From Euryarchaeota archaeon UBA462 (GTDB lineage: Archaea; Thermoplasmatota; Poseidoniia; Poseidoniales; Thalassarchaeaceae): 64,000 nucleotides of DNA. Below, piece by piece: positions 1-9,030 of the stretch; the first letter of the stretch is position 1; each line of letters opens with the position of its first letter. Both the position numbers and the translations under genes were made by a program. Where the stretch lies: positions 37,118 through 101,117 of the forward strand of contig DAYD01000018.1 of NCBI GenBank assembly GCA_002506755.1, given 5' to 3'. The notes under the pieces were generated by a model. The model was not told where the DNA came from. It ran no database searches and saw only the letters and a list, made by a program, of their open reading frames with translations.

Positions 1-787
1 AGAAGGAATGGAGGGGGATATGGTTTTCCAGAAGGGGGATCTCGTGAAACTAGATGTAGGGGTTCACATTAAAGGGGCATTAGGTGATAATGCCCTTACC
101 ATTGAGGTTGGCAACGGGGGGGAGCACACCGATCAAATAAAGGCAGCAAAGGAGGCTAGAGACGCTGCAATAGAGAAGATGCACCCGGGAACTCCATGGC
201 ATGTCGTGGGAGAGGCCGCCCAGCAACCCTCAATCGATGCGGGGTTTGAACCAATCAGGAACCTGAGCGGGCACAAGATGGAGAGGTGGTCGCTCCACTC
301 GGGTGTTTCAATCCCAATGTATTCCTGTGGCCCAAACAACCCAAGTTACAAGGGAGAAGTTGAGGCGGGGGGAGTCTATGCAGTAGAGCCATTCAATACA
401 ACTGGAAAAAGCGGGACTGTCGAGAATGTGCCGCCTCAAGGTTCTTCTAACATACTTCGAGTTACTGGCAGTGTTAAAATCAGAAAGGCTTTGAAGAAGG
501 GAAAGCTAAAGCCCCTAGGTGCTACAATGGCAAGATACATTGAGGAGAGGTACAGCACTCTTCCATTTGCTGAGAGGTGGGCATACCCATTGCTAAGCAA
601 GCCGTTTCCCGAGGAAAGTGAGGATTCCTTGAGGAGAAAGTGGAAGGCCTTGGTAAAAAAGCTGACAAATATACGATTCCTAGAAGTATATGAGGCATTG
701 AGGGATGTTGATGGTGGCTTTGTCGGCCAATTTGAGCATACTGCATACATTACCGAGGGGGGCCCAGAAGTATTGACCGTGGAATAA
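1..787 (+). CDS. map: methionine aminopeptidase, type 2 (archaeal); N-terminus lies upstream of the window
   Basis: The frame of ORF 8..787 stays open to the window edge. It shows the C-terminal two-thirds of the MetAP pita-bread fold (GDLVKLDVGVHIKG, FEHTAYITEGGPEVLT). Confidence 0.85.
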   Translation, partial: EGMEGDMVFQKGDLVKLDVGVHIKGALGDNALTIEVGNGGEHTDQIKAAKEARDAAIEKMHPGTPWHVVGEAAQQPSIDAGFEPIRNLSGHKMERWSLHSGVSIPMYSCGPNNPSYKGEVEAGGVYAVEPFNTTGKSGTVENVPPQGSSNILRVTGSVKIRKALKKGKLKPLGATMARYIEERYSTLPFAERWAYPLLSKPFPEESEDSLRRKWKALVKKLTNIRFLEVYEALRDVDGGFVGQFEHTAYITEGGPEVLTVE

Positions 788-977
788 TGGAAAATATATT
801 CCATTTATTGGAGGGTTTTCTGTAATTTTTCACAACGATTAACTATTGCCGACCAGTTCGGTAGACCGTACAGGAAGAAAGGTTCTCGCTGAGTGCATCC
901 CATCCCCTCGCAATTATCTCTCTCCTGTACACCTTTCTTGATGACTGTGAGGAACACTATAAATTCCCGAAGCGTCA

Positions 978-1907
978 TTAGATTTCTGCATGTTTTGGAT
1001 CGGAGCGGTCGGCTCTACCAAACAATGTGACTGCAATGATGGAGGAAAAGATCAGAGTCATACCTGTAATTTGTTGAAGAGACGGTTGCTCATCTAAGAG
1101 AAAAACCCCCCAAAGGAGTGTTAGAACAGGTTGTAGGAGAACTGCAAAAGACGTGTGAGCTGCTGGTAGTCTGGGAAGCGCATAGGTAATAGCTATCCAT
1201 CCGCAAACTTGGCAGATAAGAGAGAGTGCAATTAGCCAAGCGTGAGCGGGCATCGTGATGGAGAAGTTTACTGGCTGTATGCCGATTAGAGAGAGTGGCG
1301 CAATACCAAAAATCAGTAGCCCAGTTGCAGCTCCTGCGGTGGAGTCGAGCTGAAGACTCACAGAGGGTGCCTGATTACGATTAGAGTATCGGTAAAGGAT
1401 AAGGAACGAGGAATAGAAAATTGCAGCAACTAAACCACCAATTACTCCTTTTATCGGATCTGATCCGTAGGGATTATTGTCCCAAATACCAGAAATTAGG
1501 ACTAATCCCAACATGACAAGTGGCAGACTTAGGAGAATATACCGATTGGGGCGCTCGCCGAATAAAATCCAGCTAGAAAGTGTGACGATGATAACCTGCG
1601 AGTTTCCGATCATCGTCGCGATTCCACTCCCGATGTAGTCTATTGCACTGTGATATCCAGCAAAGTCGATTGCTAGAAGTATTCCTGCAGCAAAGGCAAG
1701 AGCTCTTTCTGAGCGTTTTCTCGTGTCTTCTTTTTTTAATAGCCATACAAGGATTGCCAAAATTGGTATTGCGTACACCATCCTAAAGAATGCTCCCGTC
1801 AGAGGTGAGGTTTCTGATTGGATGTACAACAGTGGAGCGAAGGAAATCATGGTCGCTCCGGATAGAGCTATCAGCATCGTACGAGGTTCGTCGGCGGCTG
1901 CCGACAT
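978..1907 (-). CDS. EamA/DMT-family permease
   Basis: 309 aa with about 10 hydrophobic helices in two similar halves. The family call rests on this overall pattern only. Confidence 0.55.
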   Translation of the reverse strand: MSAAADEPRTMLIALSGATMISFAPLLYIQSETSPLTGAFFRMVYAIPILAILVWLLKKEDTRKRSERALAFAAGILLAIDFAGYHSAIDYIGSGIATMIGNSQVIIVTLSSWILFGERPNRYILLSLPLVMLGLVLISGIWDNNPYGSDPIKGVIGGLVAAIFYSSFLILYRYSNRNQAPSVSLQLDSTAGAATGLLIFGIAPLSLIGIQPVNFSITMPAHAWLIALSLICQVCGWIAITYALPRLPAAHTSFAVLLQPVLTLLWGVFLLDEQPSLQQITGMTLIFSSIIAVTLFGRADRSDPKHAEI

Positions 1908-1916
1908 TGAATCAAC

Positions 1917-2261
1917 TCACTCTGAAGAGTCTTTTGAAGCAACCATCTCACTCAGCTCTCCACTTTGGTACATCTCTATTGCTATGTCTGAGCCTCCTAT
2001 TAGCTCCCCATTGATGAAGATTTGAGGAATTGTTGGAAAGTCTGACCACTCCTTGAGTGATGGTCGAGCCCTAGGGTCGGACAGAACGTTAACGCAGGCA
2101 AACGACTCTATGCCAAGTTCTTGGGCTACCATGCTAACAACTTGTGCTCCCCTTGCTGAGAATCCACACTGGGGCTGATCTGGAGTTCCCTTCATGAATA
2201 TCACAATCTGGTTATCTTCGACTACTTTTTGCAATTCTTCCGCTGTCCATTCAAAACTCAT
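1917..2261 (-). CDS. grxD: monothiol (CGFS-type) glutaredoxin
   Basis: Motif VIFMKGTPDQPQCGFS and a C-terminal FINGELIGGSDI. I chose the internal ATG at 2261 (MSFEW...), which removes the 65-nt overlap with the upstream BolA gene. Confidence 0.85.
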   Translation of the reverse strand: MSFEWTAEELQKVVEDNQIVIFMKGTPDQPQCGFSARGAQVVSMVAQELGIESFACVNVLSDPRARPSLKEWSDFPTIPQIFINGELIGGSDIAIEMYQSGELSEMVASKDSSE

Positions 2262-2265
2262 ATCG

Positions 2266-2604
2266 TCACTCACCCTTTGGTCTTCGTATGTGCACCCCAA
2301 AAAAGCCTTGTTCTTGACCGTGTGGGTCAAAGGCAGTTTTTCCGGAGTCTTCAGCCTGTTTGGGGGTCATGCATTTCAGGTCTAGTGCGTGAACTGTGTT
2401 GGAAGCAATGTAAGACTTGAAATGATCTAGAATTGGCTTCTGCCTTTGTAGGGGCCTTACTCCCTCATAAGTCTCGGATATTACACGGACGTGAAAATGA
2501 TCCCCCGTACCATGTAAATCTGAAACTTCGATTTTTGCATCCGGAACCACCTTCATTACTTCTTGTGTCATCCAATCTACTGTGACCATGTATGCCGAAA
2601 CCAA
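2266..2604 (-). CDS. bolA: BolA-family protein
   Basis: GDHFHVRVISETYEGVRPLQRQK and the later HALDLKCMTP match the BolA signature. Its stop lies 4 nt upstream of the grx start. Confidence 0.75.
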   Translation of the reverse strand: MVSAYMVTVDWMTQEVMKVVPDAKIEVSDLHGTGDHFHVRVISETYEGVRPLQRQKPILDHFKSYIASNTVHALDLKCMTPKQAEDSGKTAFDPHGQEQGFFGVHIRRPKGE

Positions 2605-2619
2605 ATGGTCGATTTGAAA

Positions 2620-3300
2620 CTACGTTTCTAGAGATTTGTAAATAGACTCTAGATTTTCCTTGATTGTTGCCCTGTCATTGATTAGACCTGAACCCACGAC
2701 AGCGATATCAATACCCCATCCCGATACCATAGCTGCATTGTGGTCCTTTACCCCTCCATCGATCATCAGTTTTGTTGTTTTACCCCCATTCTTAACCTGT
2801 GAGTCTATGGCTTTTCTGATATTCTTAACCTTTTTCTCCACCTCTGGAATGAATGACTGGCCCCCTTTTCCTGGAACTACGGACATAACAAGGACTAGGT
2901 CGAGATCGGGTAGTATTTCCATCACATCTTCCTCAGAAGTATCCGGATTTAGAACGCATCCCGCCATTGCTCCAGATTGATGTATTTTCTTAATTAGAGT
3001 AGGAAAATCCTCCACAGCCTCGATGTGGCAAATGATCAAGTCTGCACCAGCATTAACATACTGGTCCCAAGTTTCTTCGGCATTAGTGATCATTAGGTGG
3101 CTATCAATTGTAATTTCTGGGCCAACTCTATCTCTGATTGATCGAATTATTTCAGGACCGAAGGTGATTGTACGATTGATCACCCAATTTCCATCCATGA
3201 CATCCATGTGTAGCCAATCGATTCCTGCTTCTATGGCCTCATCGAGTTTCTCTCCCAATCTGCAGAAATCAACCGTCAGGATACTAGGCGCTACCTTCAC
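2620..3300 (-). CDS. rpe: ribulose-phosphate 3-epimerase
   Basis: APSILTVDF...HMDVMDGNWV...GPEI...DGGV motifs. The longest ORF starts at GTG 3369. GTG 3300 gives the usual N-terminus (M-KVAPSIL) and leaves room for the divergent trx promoter, so the start is uncertain. Confidence 0.85.
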   Translation of the reverse strand: MKVAPSILTVDFCRLGEKLDEAIEAGIDWLHMDVMDGNWVINRTITFGPEIIRSIRDRVGPEITIDSHLMITNAEETWDQYVNAGADLIICHIEAVEDFPTLIKKIHQSGAMAGCVLNPDTSEEDVMEILPDLDLVLVMSVVPGKGGQSFIPEVEKKVKNIRKAIDSQVKNGGKTTKLMIDGGVKDHNAAMVSGWGIDIAVVGSGLINDRATIKENLESIYKSLET

Positions 3301-3410
3301 AATACTCCCTGAGGTGCCGGAAGAGGTCGAGGTTCTCAATACCTTGTGAAGAATTTCTGAAAAATGCACATGTTGATAGCGTCAACTGTGATCCGAAAGG
3401 TGGGGATATA

Positions 3411-3728
3411 GTGGGAAAGGTAGTTGATGTAAGTGATTCTGACTTTGATGTAGCGACAAACAGTGACGAATGGGTCTTAGTGGATTTCTGGGCCCCATGG
3501 TGCGGCCCTTGCAGGATGGTGGGGCCCGTTTTATCCCAGATTGCCGAGGAGAGAGAAATTACGATTGCGAAGGTGAATACCGACGTGAATCCAATGACCT
3601 CTGGCAAGTTTGGTATTCGCGGAATTCCGGCGTTGATTTTGTTCAAGGATGGGGAAATTGTGGACAGGATGACCGGTGCCATGCCCAAGCAGGGAATGGA
3701 CTCTTGGCTAGATCGGCATATGACTTAA
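3411..3728 (+). CDS. trxA: thioredoxin
   Basis: 105 aa with the WAPWCGPCRM active site. The start codon is GTG. Confidence 0.9.
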   Translation: MGKVVDVSDSDFDVATNSDEWVLVDFWAPWCGPCRMVGPVLSQIAEEREITIAKVNTDVNPMTSGKFGIRGIPALILFKDGEIVDRMTGAMPKQGMDSWLDRHMT

Positions 3729-5302
3729 CATTGTGATTCTTGCAATTTCCTGGCTCTTTCACTGATTGGTTTGCCGGCTTCCCTGAGTAATCTCGACCTA
3801 AGGGCTTCATGGAGCCATAACCCTCCATCCAATTCAATCATTAATCCCCGCTCGATAAGTTGTTTTGGGGGGCTTCCATCCACTCCTGCTGCTCTTGCCA
3901 GGGTGTGCCATGGAATGGGTTTGTCCGAGACTGCAAGAATTGAAAGCAACTCTCTATGGTCATTTGGTAAAACATTGAGGATTTCTTCGTCCAAAAAGCG
4001 AAGCCAGTCCACATGGATCGTCTCTCCGTATATTTCCAGTAATTCTACTGCTAATGGGTGTCCCCCTGTCATTCTGTGAATTTGCTCAGCAGGAACAAGT
4101 CCTGAGTAATCCATCAATCCCAGCCATTCTGATAACTCTTCCAAAGACAGGCCGGATAGGTTGATTTCCTTCACTCTTTTTCTAGTGTGAACATCCCTCC
4201 TATCGTAGAACATAAGGCTGGTCCTTGAAATAATCATTAGTCTCAATTTAGTGGTTTCTGCAATCTGTAAAAGAGCTCCCAGTAGATAGTCTCCTGTGGT
4301 TCCAATATTGTGAACATCATCGAGAATTATCAATAATTCATCCGAAGTACTACTATCTTGACCGAGGATTTCATTCTCATCTATTAAGTGGGCGCAGAGC
4401 CTCCTTCTTAACGAGTCGATGTCGATTTTTGATGCTGGTTTGTAGGGCAAGGAATCCAGAACATTGTATGGATCAGAATTTTTGTCTACAATACCGATTT
4501 TATGTAGAAGACTCGTTGCTATTCCCAAGGAAGAGTCCCAAGGTTGGCAAGGATAGTACATGATATCTGTTTCTTCGTCTGATTCGATCAATTCTGAAAT
4601 CCAATCTGAAACCAAAGTCGTCTTTCCACAGCCTGCTATGCCAGAGAGTGCTAACATGGGCATTTCTGAATTGTGCCAGTCTCTGAGCTCATCTTTCTCT
4701 TTCTTCCTACCGTGAACAGTTCTAGTCAGAGGAGGTCTATCGTGATAGGTCGAGTGGGCTCCCATAAGTATGGATAGAGAGCCTGGGGGTGGCTGTAGAT
4801 TTTCTTTCTTGACTAGCGCTCCAAATCTTATGTCTCCAAAGTTGAGAACCCCCTCGTGCTGAGAATGCATGAGTATCTGCAGCAAACTAAGGCCTGCACG
4901 AAGTCTTTTGGCGGCCTGATCGGCCCTAATTTCAAGTAACTCTCCGTCTTTTGATCTAATTAGGACCATCGCCGATTCAAACTTGGAGATTCTTCTTCTG
5001 GCTGTATTCCTTCCTTCTTCTGTGAGTTGCCATGTCTTTTGACGTCTGTTTTCACCCCTTATTGTTCTACTATGCTGTGAAATTAGTCCTTTCAAGGAGA
5101 GTTTTCTCATGGCTCTAGAGACGTTTGGGGGGTGCATTGCGCATGATTCCGCTATCCCAAGCCTTGTGACGTCATAAGTTACGATATAGTGGTCTGCTTG
5201 GTAATCTTGTTCCAATAAGTGAAGGAGAATTCTGTCTTCCACAGGGACAGTCTGACCGGGTTCCCTTCTTGGCATGGAAGCTACGGCTAAGGATCTAGGC
5301 AT
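3725..5302 (-). CDS. winged-helix DNA-binding domain fused to a P-loop NTPase (archaeal ATPase/STAND-like), putative regulator
   Basis: N-terminal MarR-like wHTH (IAESCAMHPPNVSRAMRKLSLKGLI). Walker A is LSGIAGCGKTT and Walker B is LLIILDDVH. A helical C-terminal domain ends in a second wH-like segment. I chose the start at ATG 5302 to avoid overlapping the divergent gene. Confidence 0.6.
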   Translation of the reverse strand: MPRSLAVASMPRREPGQTVPVEDRILLHLLEQDYQADHYIVTYDVTRLGIAESCAMHPPNVSRAMRKLSLKGLISQHSRTIRGENRRQKTWQLTEEGRNTARRRISKFESAMVLIRSKDGELLEIRADQAAKRLRAGLSLLQILMHSQHEGVLNFGDIRFGALVKKENLQPPPGSLSILMGAHSTYHDRPPLTRTVHGRKKEKDELRDWHNSEMPMLALSGIAGCGKTTLVSDWISELIESDEETDIMYYPCQPWDSSLGIATSLLHKIGIVDKNSDPYNVLDSLPYKPASKIDIDSLRRRLCAHLIDENEILGQDSSTSDELLIILDDVHNIGTTGDYLLGALLQIAETTKLRLMIISRTSLMFYDRRDVHTRKRVKEINLSGLSLEELSEWLGLMDYSGLVPAEQIHRMTGGHPLAVELLEIYGETIHVDWLRFLDEEILNVLPNDHRELLSILAVSDKPIPWHTLARAAGVDGSPPKQLIERGLMIELDGGLWLHEALRSRLLREAGKPISERARKLQESQC

Positions 5303-5371
5303 CAAGAGTTCGGGGGTTAGATAACTATTGAAAAAGCAGAAATTCAATAGAAATGGTGTCGATGGGGTGTT

Positions 5372-6253
5372 ATGAACGAATCTATGCGAGCCAGACTTTT
5401 GGGTCTCCAAAAAATGGAAGCTACTGAATCAAGGGTGTATAGGAAGTTAGCTGTAATGCAGGCGGATCCAGTTAATCGTACTATTCTGGAAGGAATTGCT
5501 ATGGAAGAGGAAAGACACGAATCAGAAATTAGGAAGCTTACCGGTAAGGATGTTAAGCCGAATATGCTGAAGGTTTGGAAGTACATCATTCTAGCAAAAT
5601 TATTCGGGTTTACATTTTCAGTAAAAATGATGGAAGCCACTGAGAAAGACTTGGCGACAGAATATAGAGATCTTGGTTTGCACGATATTGCAAATGAAGA
5701 GGAAGAGCACGAGAAAAATATGATTGGCATGCTGGATGAGGAGAGATTGAGATATTCTGGTAGTGTGGTTCTGGGTATGTCTGATGCCCTAGTAGAGCTT
5801 ACTGGAGCCTTGGCAGGACTTACCTTTGCCCTCCAGGATTTACGCCTAGTTGCGTTAGCTGGATTGGTCACGGGAATAGCCGCTTCGTTCAGCATGGGTG
5901 CTTCCGAGTACTTGTCTTCAAGGGCCGAGAAAAAGGAGGGGTCAGCACTCAGAGCCGCTTTCTTCACCTGGATCTCCTATCTAATCACGGTACTTCTCCT
6001 AGTTTCTCCATACTTACTTATTCAATCAGGATTCTCGGCCTATGATGGAATTGAAACTCACTCTCAGGCCCTGATTGGGACCTTTGCATTGGGTCTACTA
6101 ATTGTTGCAATCTTCAACTTCTACGTTTCAGTTGTTGAGGAGGTGTCTTTCAAAGCACGCTTTCTAGAGATGGCGGCAATACTTGGGGGAGTGAGTCTGA
6201 TCTCATATGCTATCGGAATTCTACTCAGAGGGGTTCTGGGAATAGAAGTTTGA
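5372..6253 (+). CDS. VIT1/CCC1-family iron/manganese transporter with N-terminal ferritin-like (rubrerythrin-like) domain
   Basis: N-terminal E..E..H di-iron-like helices (ESRVYRKLA...MEEERHESE...NEEEEHEKNM) are followed by the VIT1 membrane domain (GSVVLGMSDALVELTGALAG plus TM helices). Confidence 0.75.
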   Translation: MNESMRARLLGLQKMEATESRVYRKLAVMQADPVNRTILEGIAMEEERHESEIRKLTGKDVKPNMLKVWKYIILAKLFGFTFSVKMMEATEKDLATEYRDLGLHDIANEEEEHEKNMIGMLDEERLRYSGSVVLGMSDALVELTGALAGLTFALQDLRLVALAGLVTGIAASFSMGASEYLSSRAEKKEGSALRAAFFTWISYLITVLLLVSPYLLIQSGFSAYDGIETHSQALIGTFALGLLIVAIFNFYVSVVEEVSFKARFLEMAAILGGVSLISYAIGILLRGVLGIEV

Positions 6254-6304
6254 TTCTAAGAATCCCTATCAAACGTATTTGTATGATGTGTAAGTCCGCT
6301 TGTT

Positions 6305-7807
6305 ATGGAATCTTACGAGGAGCTGCTTTCTAGATTGAAGGATATCGAATTGATTGGTCAAATTGGCAGCTTACTTAGCTGGGATCAAGAGGTTCTGATG
6401 CCCCCAAACGCAGCACCAATTAGAGCTGAACAACTAGCTTGGATTTCGAAGACCGCACATGAGAGGCTTACCGATCCTAAGATTGGAAACTTACTGGATG
6501 AGGTCGGAAGTCGAGACAACCTAAGCAAGGTCGAATTGGCCAATCTTAGGTTAGCGAGGCAATCTTATGAAAGAGCGACAAAACTACCTACGGAGTTCGT
6601 AGAAGAAATGGCTATGCACAAATCGAAATCGCTGATTTCATGGACTGAAGCCAGGGAAAAGGATGACTTCTCCATCTTCCGAGAGGACCTTTCTGTGTCA
6701 ATAGATCATGCTAGGAGGAAAGCGGATTTCTTGGGTTATGAGGAGCTTAGGTATGATGCCCTATTGGATCTCTATGAAAGCGGACTTACAGTTGATACGC
6801 TGGATCCTTTATTCTCTGGTCTTAGAGATAAAGTGGCACCTTTGATTAAAGCGGTTTCTGAGGGAGCAAGCAGACCAGATTTGTCATGGGTAGAGGATAA
6901 TTCCTGGAAGCAAGAATCACAAGAGGCGTTGAGTCAAAGTATTTCAGAAGCGATTGGTTTCAATTTCTCCTCAGGTAGGAGGGATAGATCGACCCATCCG
7001 TTTTGCGGGGGTCCTAATCCAGATGATGTTAGGTGGACAACACGATATAATGAGAGTGAGCCGTTTGGCTCCTTATTTGGATCAATGCACGAAACGGGGC
7101 ATGGAACCTATGAACAGGGACGCCCAAGGAATTTAGATTTCCAGCCAGCAGGGAAGGCGAACGGTTTGGGGATTCATGAGAGCCAGAGTCGCCTTTGGGA
7201 AAACCAAGTAGGGAGATCGAGAGCTTTCTGCGATTGGTCTCTTTCTATATGGAAGGAGTGCTTTCCAGAGAATATGAGTGGAGTTGATTCAGAGCAACTA
7301 TGGCGAGCAGTTAACTTGGTAGAGCCAGGACTAATTCGAGTGGATGCTGATGAGGCAACATACAACCTGCACATCATGATAAGATACGAGATTGAGAAGC
7401 AGCTTATATCTGGAGAAATTGAGGTAGATGAGCTACCTGATCTCTGGGACTCAATGTATGAGGAGTTTTTAGGAATTAAGCCCCCCAATCGCTCAGAGGG
7501 GATCTTACAGGATATACATTGGTCGATGGGTGCGATAGGGTACTTCCCAACATACACTTTGGGAAATCTGTATGCCGCACAACTACTTGAGGCAGCAAAG
7601 AAGGAGTTGCCAAACCACGAGGATCAAGTCAGGAGTGGAGACTTTCAACCTCTTCTAAATTGGATGAGGAAGAACGTTCATTCAAGAGGAAGTGTTTTGG
7701 AACCTGCAGCCCTAATTGAAGAGGCCACGGGATCCCCTCCTTCGCCCGATGCCTTCGTTGATTATCTCAGCGCTAAGGTAGAAAGATTGTACGGGGTCAC
7801 TGCCTAA
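6305..7807 (+). CDS. carboxypeptidase Taq-like metallopeptidase (family M32)
   Basis: HPFCGG...DVRWTTRY, the HETGHGTYEQG zinc site, and IRVDADEATYNLHIMIRYEIE. Confidence 0.9.
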   Translation: MESYEELLSRLKDIELIGQIGSLLSWDQEVLMPPNAAPIRAEQLAWISKTAHERLTDPKIGNLLDEVGSRDNLSKVELANLRLARQSYERATKLPTEFVEEMAMHKSKSLISWTEAREKDDFSIFREDLSVSIDHARRKADFLGYEELRYDALLDLYESGLTVDTLDPLFSGLRDKVAPLIKAVSEGASRPDLSWVEDNSWKQESQEALSQSISEAIGFNFSSGRRDRSTHPFCGGPNPDDVRWTTRYNESEPFGSLFGSMHETGHGTYEQGRPRNLDFQPAGKANGLGIHESQSRLWENQVGRSRAFCDWSLSIWKECFPENMSGVDSEQLWRAVNLVEPGLIRVDADEATYNLHIMIRYEIEKQLISGEIEVDELPDLWDSMYEEFLGIKPPNRSEGILQDIHWSMGAIGYFPTYTLGNLYAAQLLEAAKKELPNHEDQVRSGDFQPLLNWMRKNVHSRGSVLEPAALIEEATGSPPSPDAFVDYLSAKVERLYGVTA

Positions 7808-7811
7808 AAAT

Positions 7812-8933
7812 TTGAAAAGTCGATATGTTGGACCTCTTTCGAGTATCATGATCAAACCTAGTCTGGAGGGTTGCGCATCTCTAACTAGGGACATCGGGAG
7901 TAGTTGCACTTTGCTTAATTTACGTGATGGTTATCTTATCGCTGGTACAAAAAGTGGCAAAATTTCCTGTTGGAGGATATCAGATGGTTCCAATATATGG
8001 GAGAGAGATTTCGACGGCCCGTGCAATGACAGCGATATATTCGGAGCTTGTATTTACATTACCGAATCAAACAAGGTACACTCAATTGACTTCGCTGATG
8101 GTAGGGTCAATTGGACAGTAGAATTGGAAGGTTCGGTTGATTTGATTAGTGCTGGTGAAGGCCATATATGGGTCACTTCATCTATTTACAATTTTGAAAT
8201 TCAAGATTTTGTCGAGGGAGCAGTTTGCCAAATTGATCTGAACGGAAAAAGAATAGGAACATGGTCTACAGAAGGAAGGGCCTGGTCTCTAACTAACGTG
8301 AAAGGTGTAGCATACCTTGGGCTTAGTAGGCCAAGATGTGGTTTTTGCATCATATCTCACGAACGGATAGAGTACTTTCCATTGGATCATTCCTCCCCAG
8401 TCACAGTTGGAGATGGAAATGAAATAAATGGGGTTATTTTCGGACATAGTGATGGTGGAGCTTCCCAGCTAATTAACGGTGAGGTTTCCACATTTTCTGC
8501 TCGAGGATCGTCTGCGACAGCAATTCATTGCTCAGATGGATGGGTAATTGGGCTTGAAAATGGAGAAATTCGAGGAATGGGTAATTTTGGATCTTGGAAA
8601 TCAAATTTAGAAGGGCGAATAGAAGAGTTTTCGATTGGCCCCTCATTGGACGAAACCAACGTTTTGTGGGCTTCTTCTTGGGAGTATGCTAGCGAAATAA
8701 GCTTGTTCGATATAGCGAGTGGAGAAGTTATTCTGAAAATGGAGCACTCGGACAGAATTTCCCACATGTGTGGATCCCAGAATGTAATTTGCTTTGGCGA
8801 TACTAATGGCAATTTATTTATTTTAGAGGCTGAGGTTTTTCGGCGTCGTTTACAACAATTTCGGCCCACCTTTGTAGAGAGTGGTATGGAGTCGGAAATG
8901 AGGAAGAAAATACGTGAGCTGAGGCGGGATTAG
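7812..8933 (+). CDS. beta-propeller repeat protein (PQQ/WD40-like), function unknown
   Basis: Repeated G-x-I/V-x-x-x-D-x-x-G/N-W blade-like segments. The start is TTG at 7812, and an in-frame ATG at 7848 is an alternative. Confidence 0.5.
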   Translation: MKSRYVGPLSSIMIKPSLEGCASLTRDIGSSCTLLNLRDGYLIAGTKSGKISCWRISDGSNIWERDFDGPCNDSDIFGACIYITESNKVHSIDFADGRVNWTVELEGSVDLISAGEGHIWVTSSIYNFEIQDFVEGAVCQIDLNGKRIGTWSTEGRAWSLTNVKGVAYLGLSRPRCGFCIISHERIEYFPLDHSSPVTVGDGNEINGVIFGHSDGGASQLINGEVSTFSARGSSATAIHCSDGWVIGLENGEIRGMGNFGSWKSNLEGRIEEFSIGPSLDETNVLWASSWEYASEISLFDIASGEVILKMEHSDRISHMCGSQNVICFGDTNGNLFILEAEVFRRRLQQFRPTFVESGMESEMRKKIRELRRD

Positions 8934-8992
8934 TTTGCACTGGAAAAACATGTTTTTACACCCTCATTTCCAGTGTACTGCGCCTAAATTGT

Positions 8993-9005
8993 CGAAATGT
9001 TTATG
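8993..9005 (+). promoter_or_regulatory. BRE/TATA-like element (CGAAA-TGTTTATG) upstream of the candidate RNA
   Basis: A purine-rich CGAAA lies directly 5' of a TTTAT core, about 25-30 nt upstream of the G at 9031 where the GC-rich structured segment begins. Confidence 0.25.
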
Positions 9006-9030
9006 AGCCGGTCATAACCCTGTATTCTTT

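Noticed and set aside
788-977. Small RNA in the 190-nt convergent gap. Features are the hairpin AUGGAA-AAUAUA-UUCCAU at 788-805, a 9-bp long-range complementarity AAGAAAGGU/ACCUUUCUU, and a UGAUGA string.
   Set aside because: The first hairpin followed by a T-rich run is adequately explained as the map terminator. The other elements are short, AT-rich and lack supporting motifs.
1917-2604. The 65-nt overlap between the BolA and glutaredoxin ORFs, as a possible frameshifted fusion.
   Set aside because: An internal ATG at 2261 (MSFEW...) gives a normal-length CGFS glutaredoxin starting 4 nt after the BolA stop. These are two ordinary adjacent genes.
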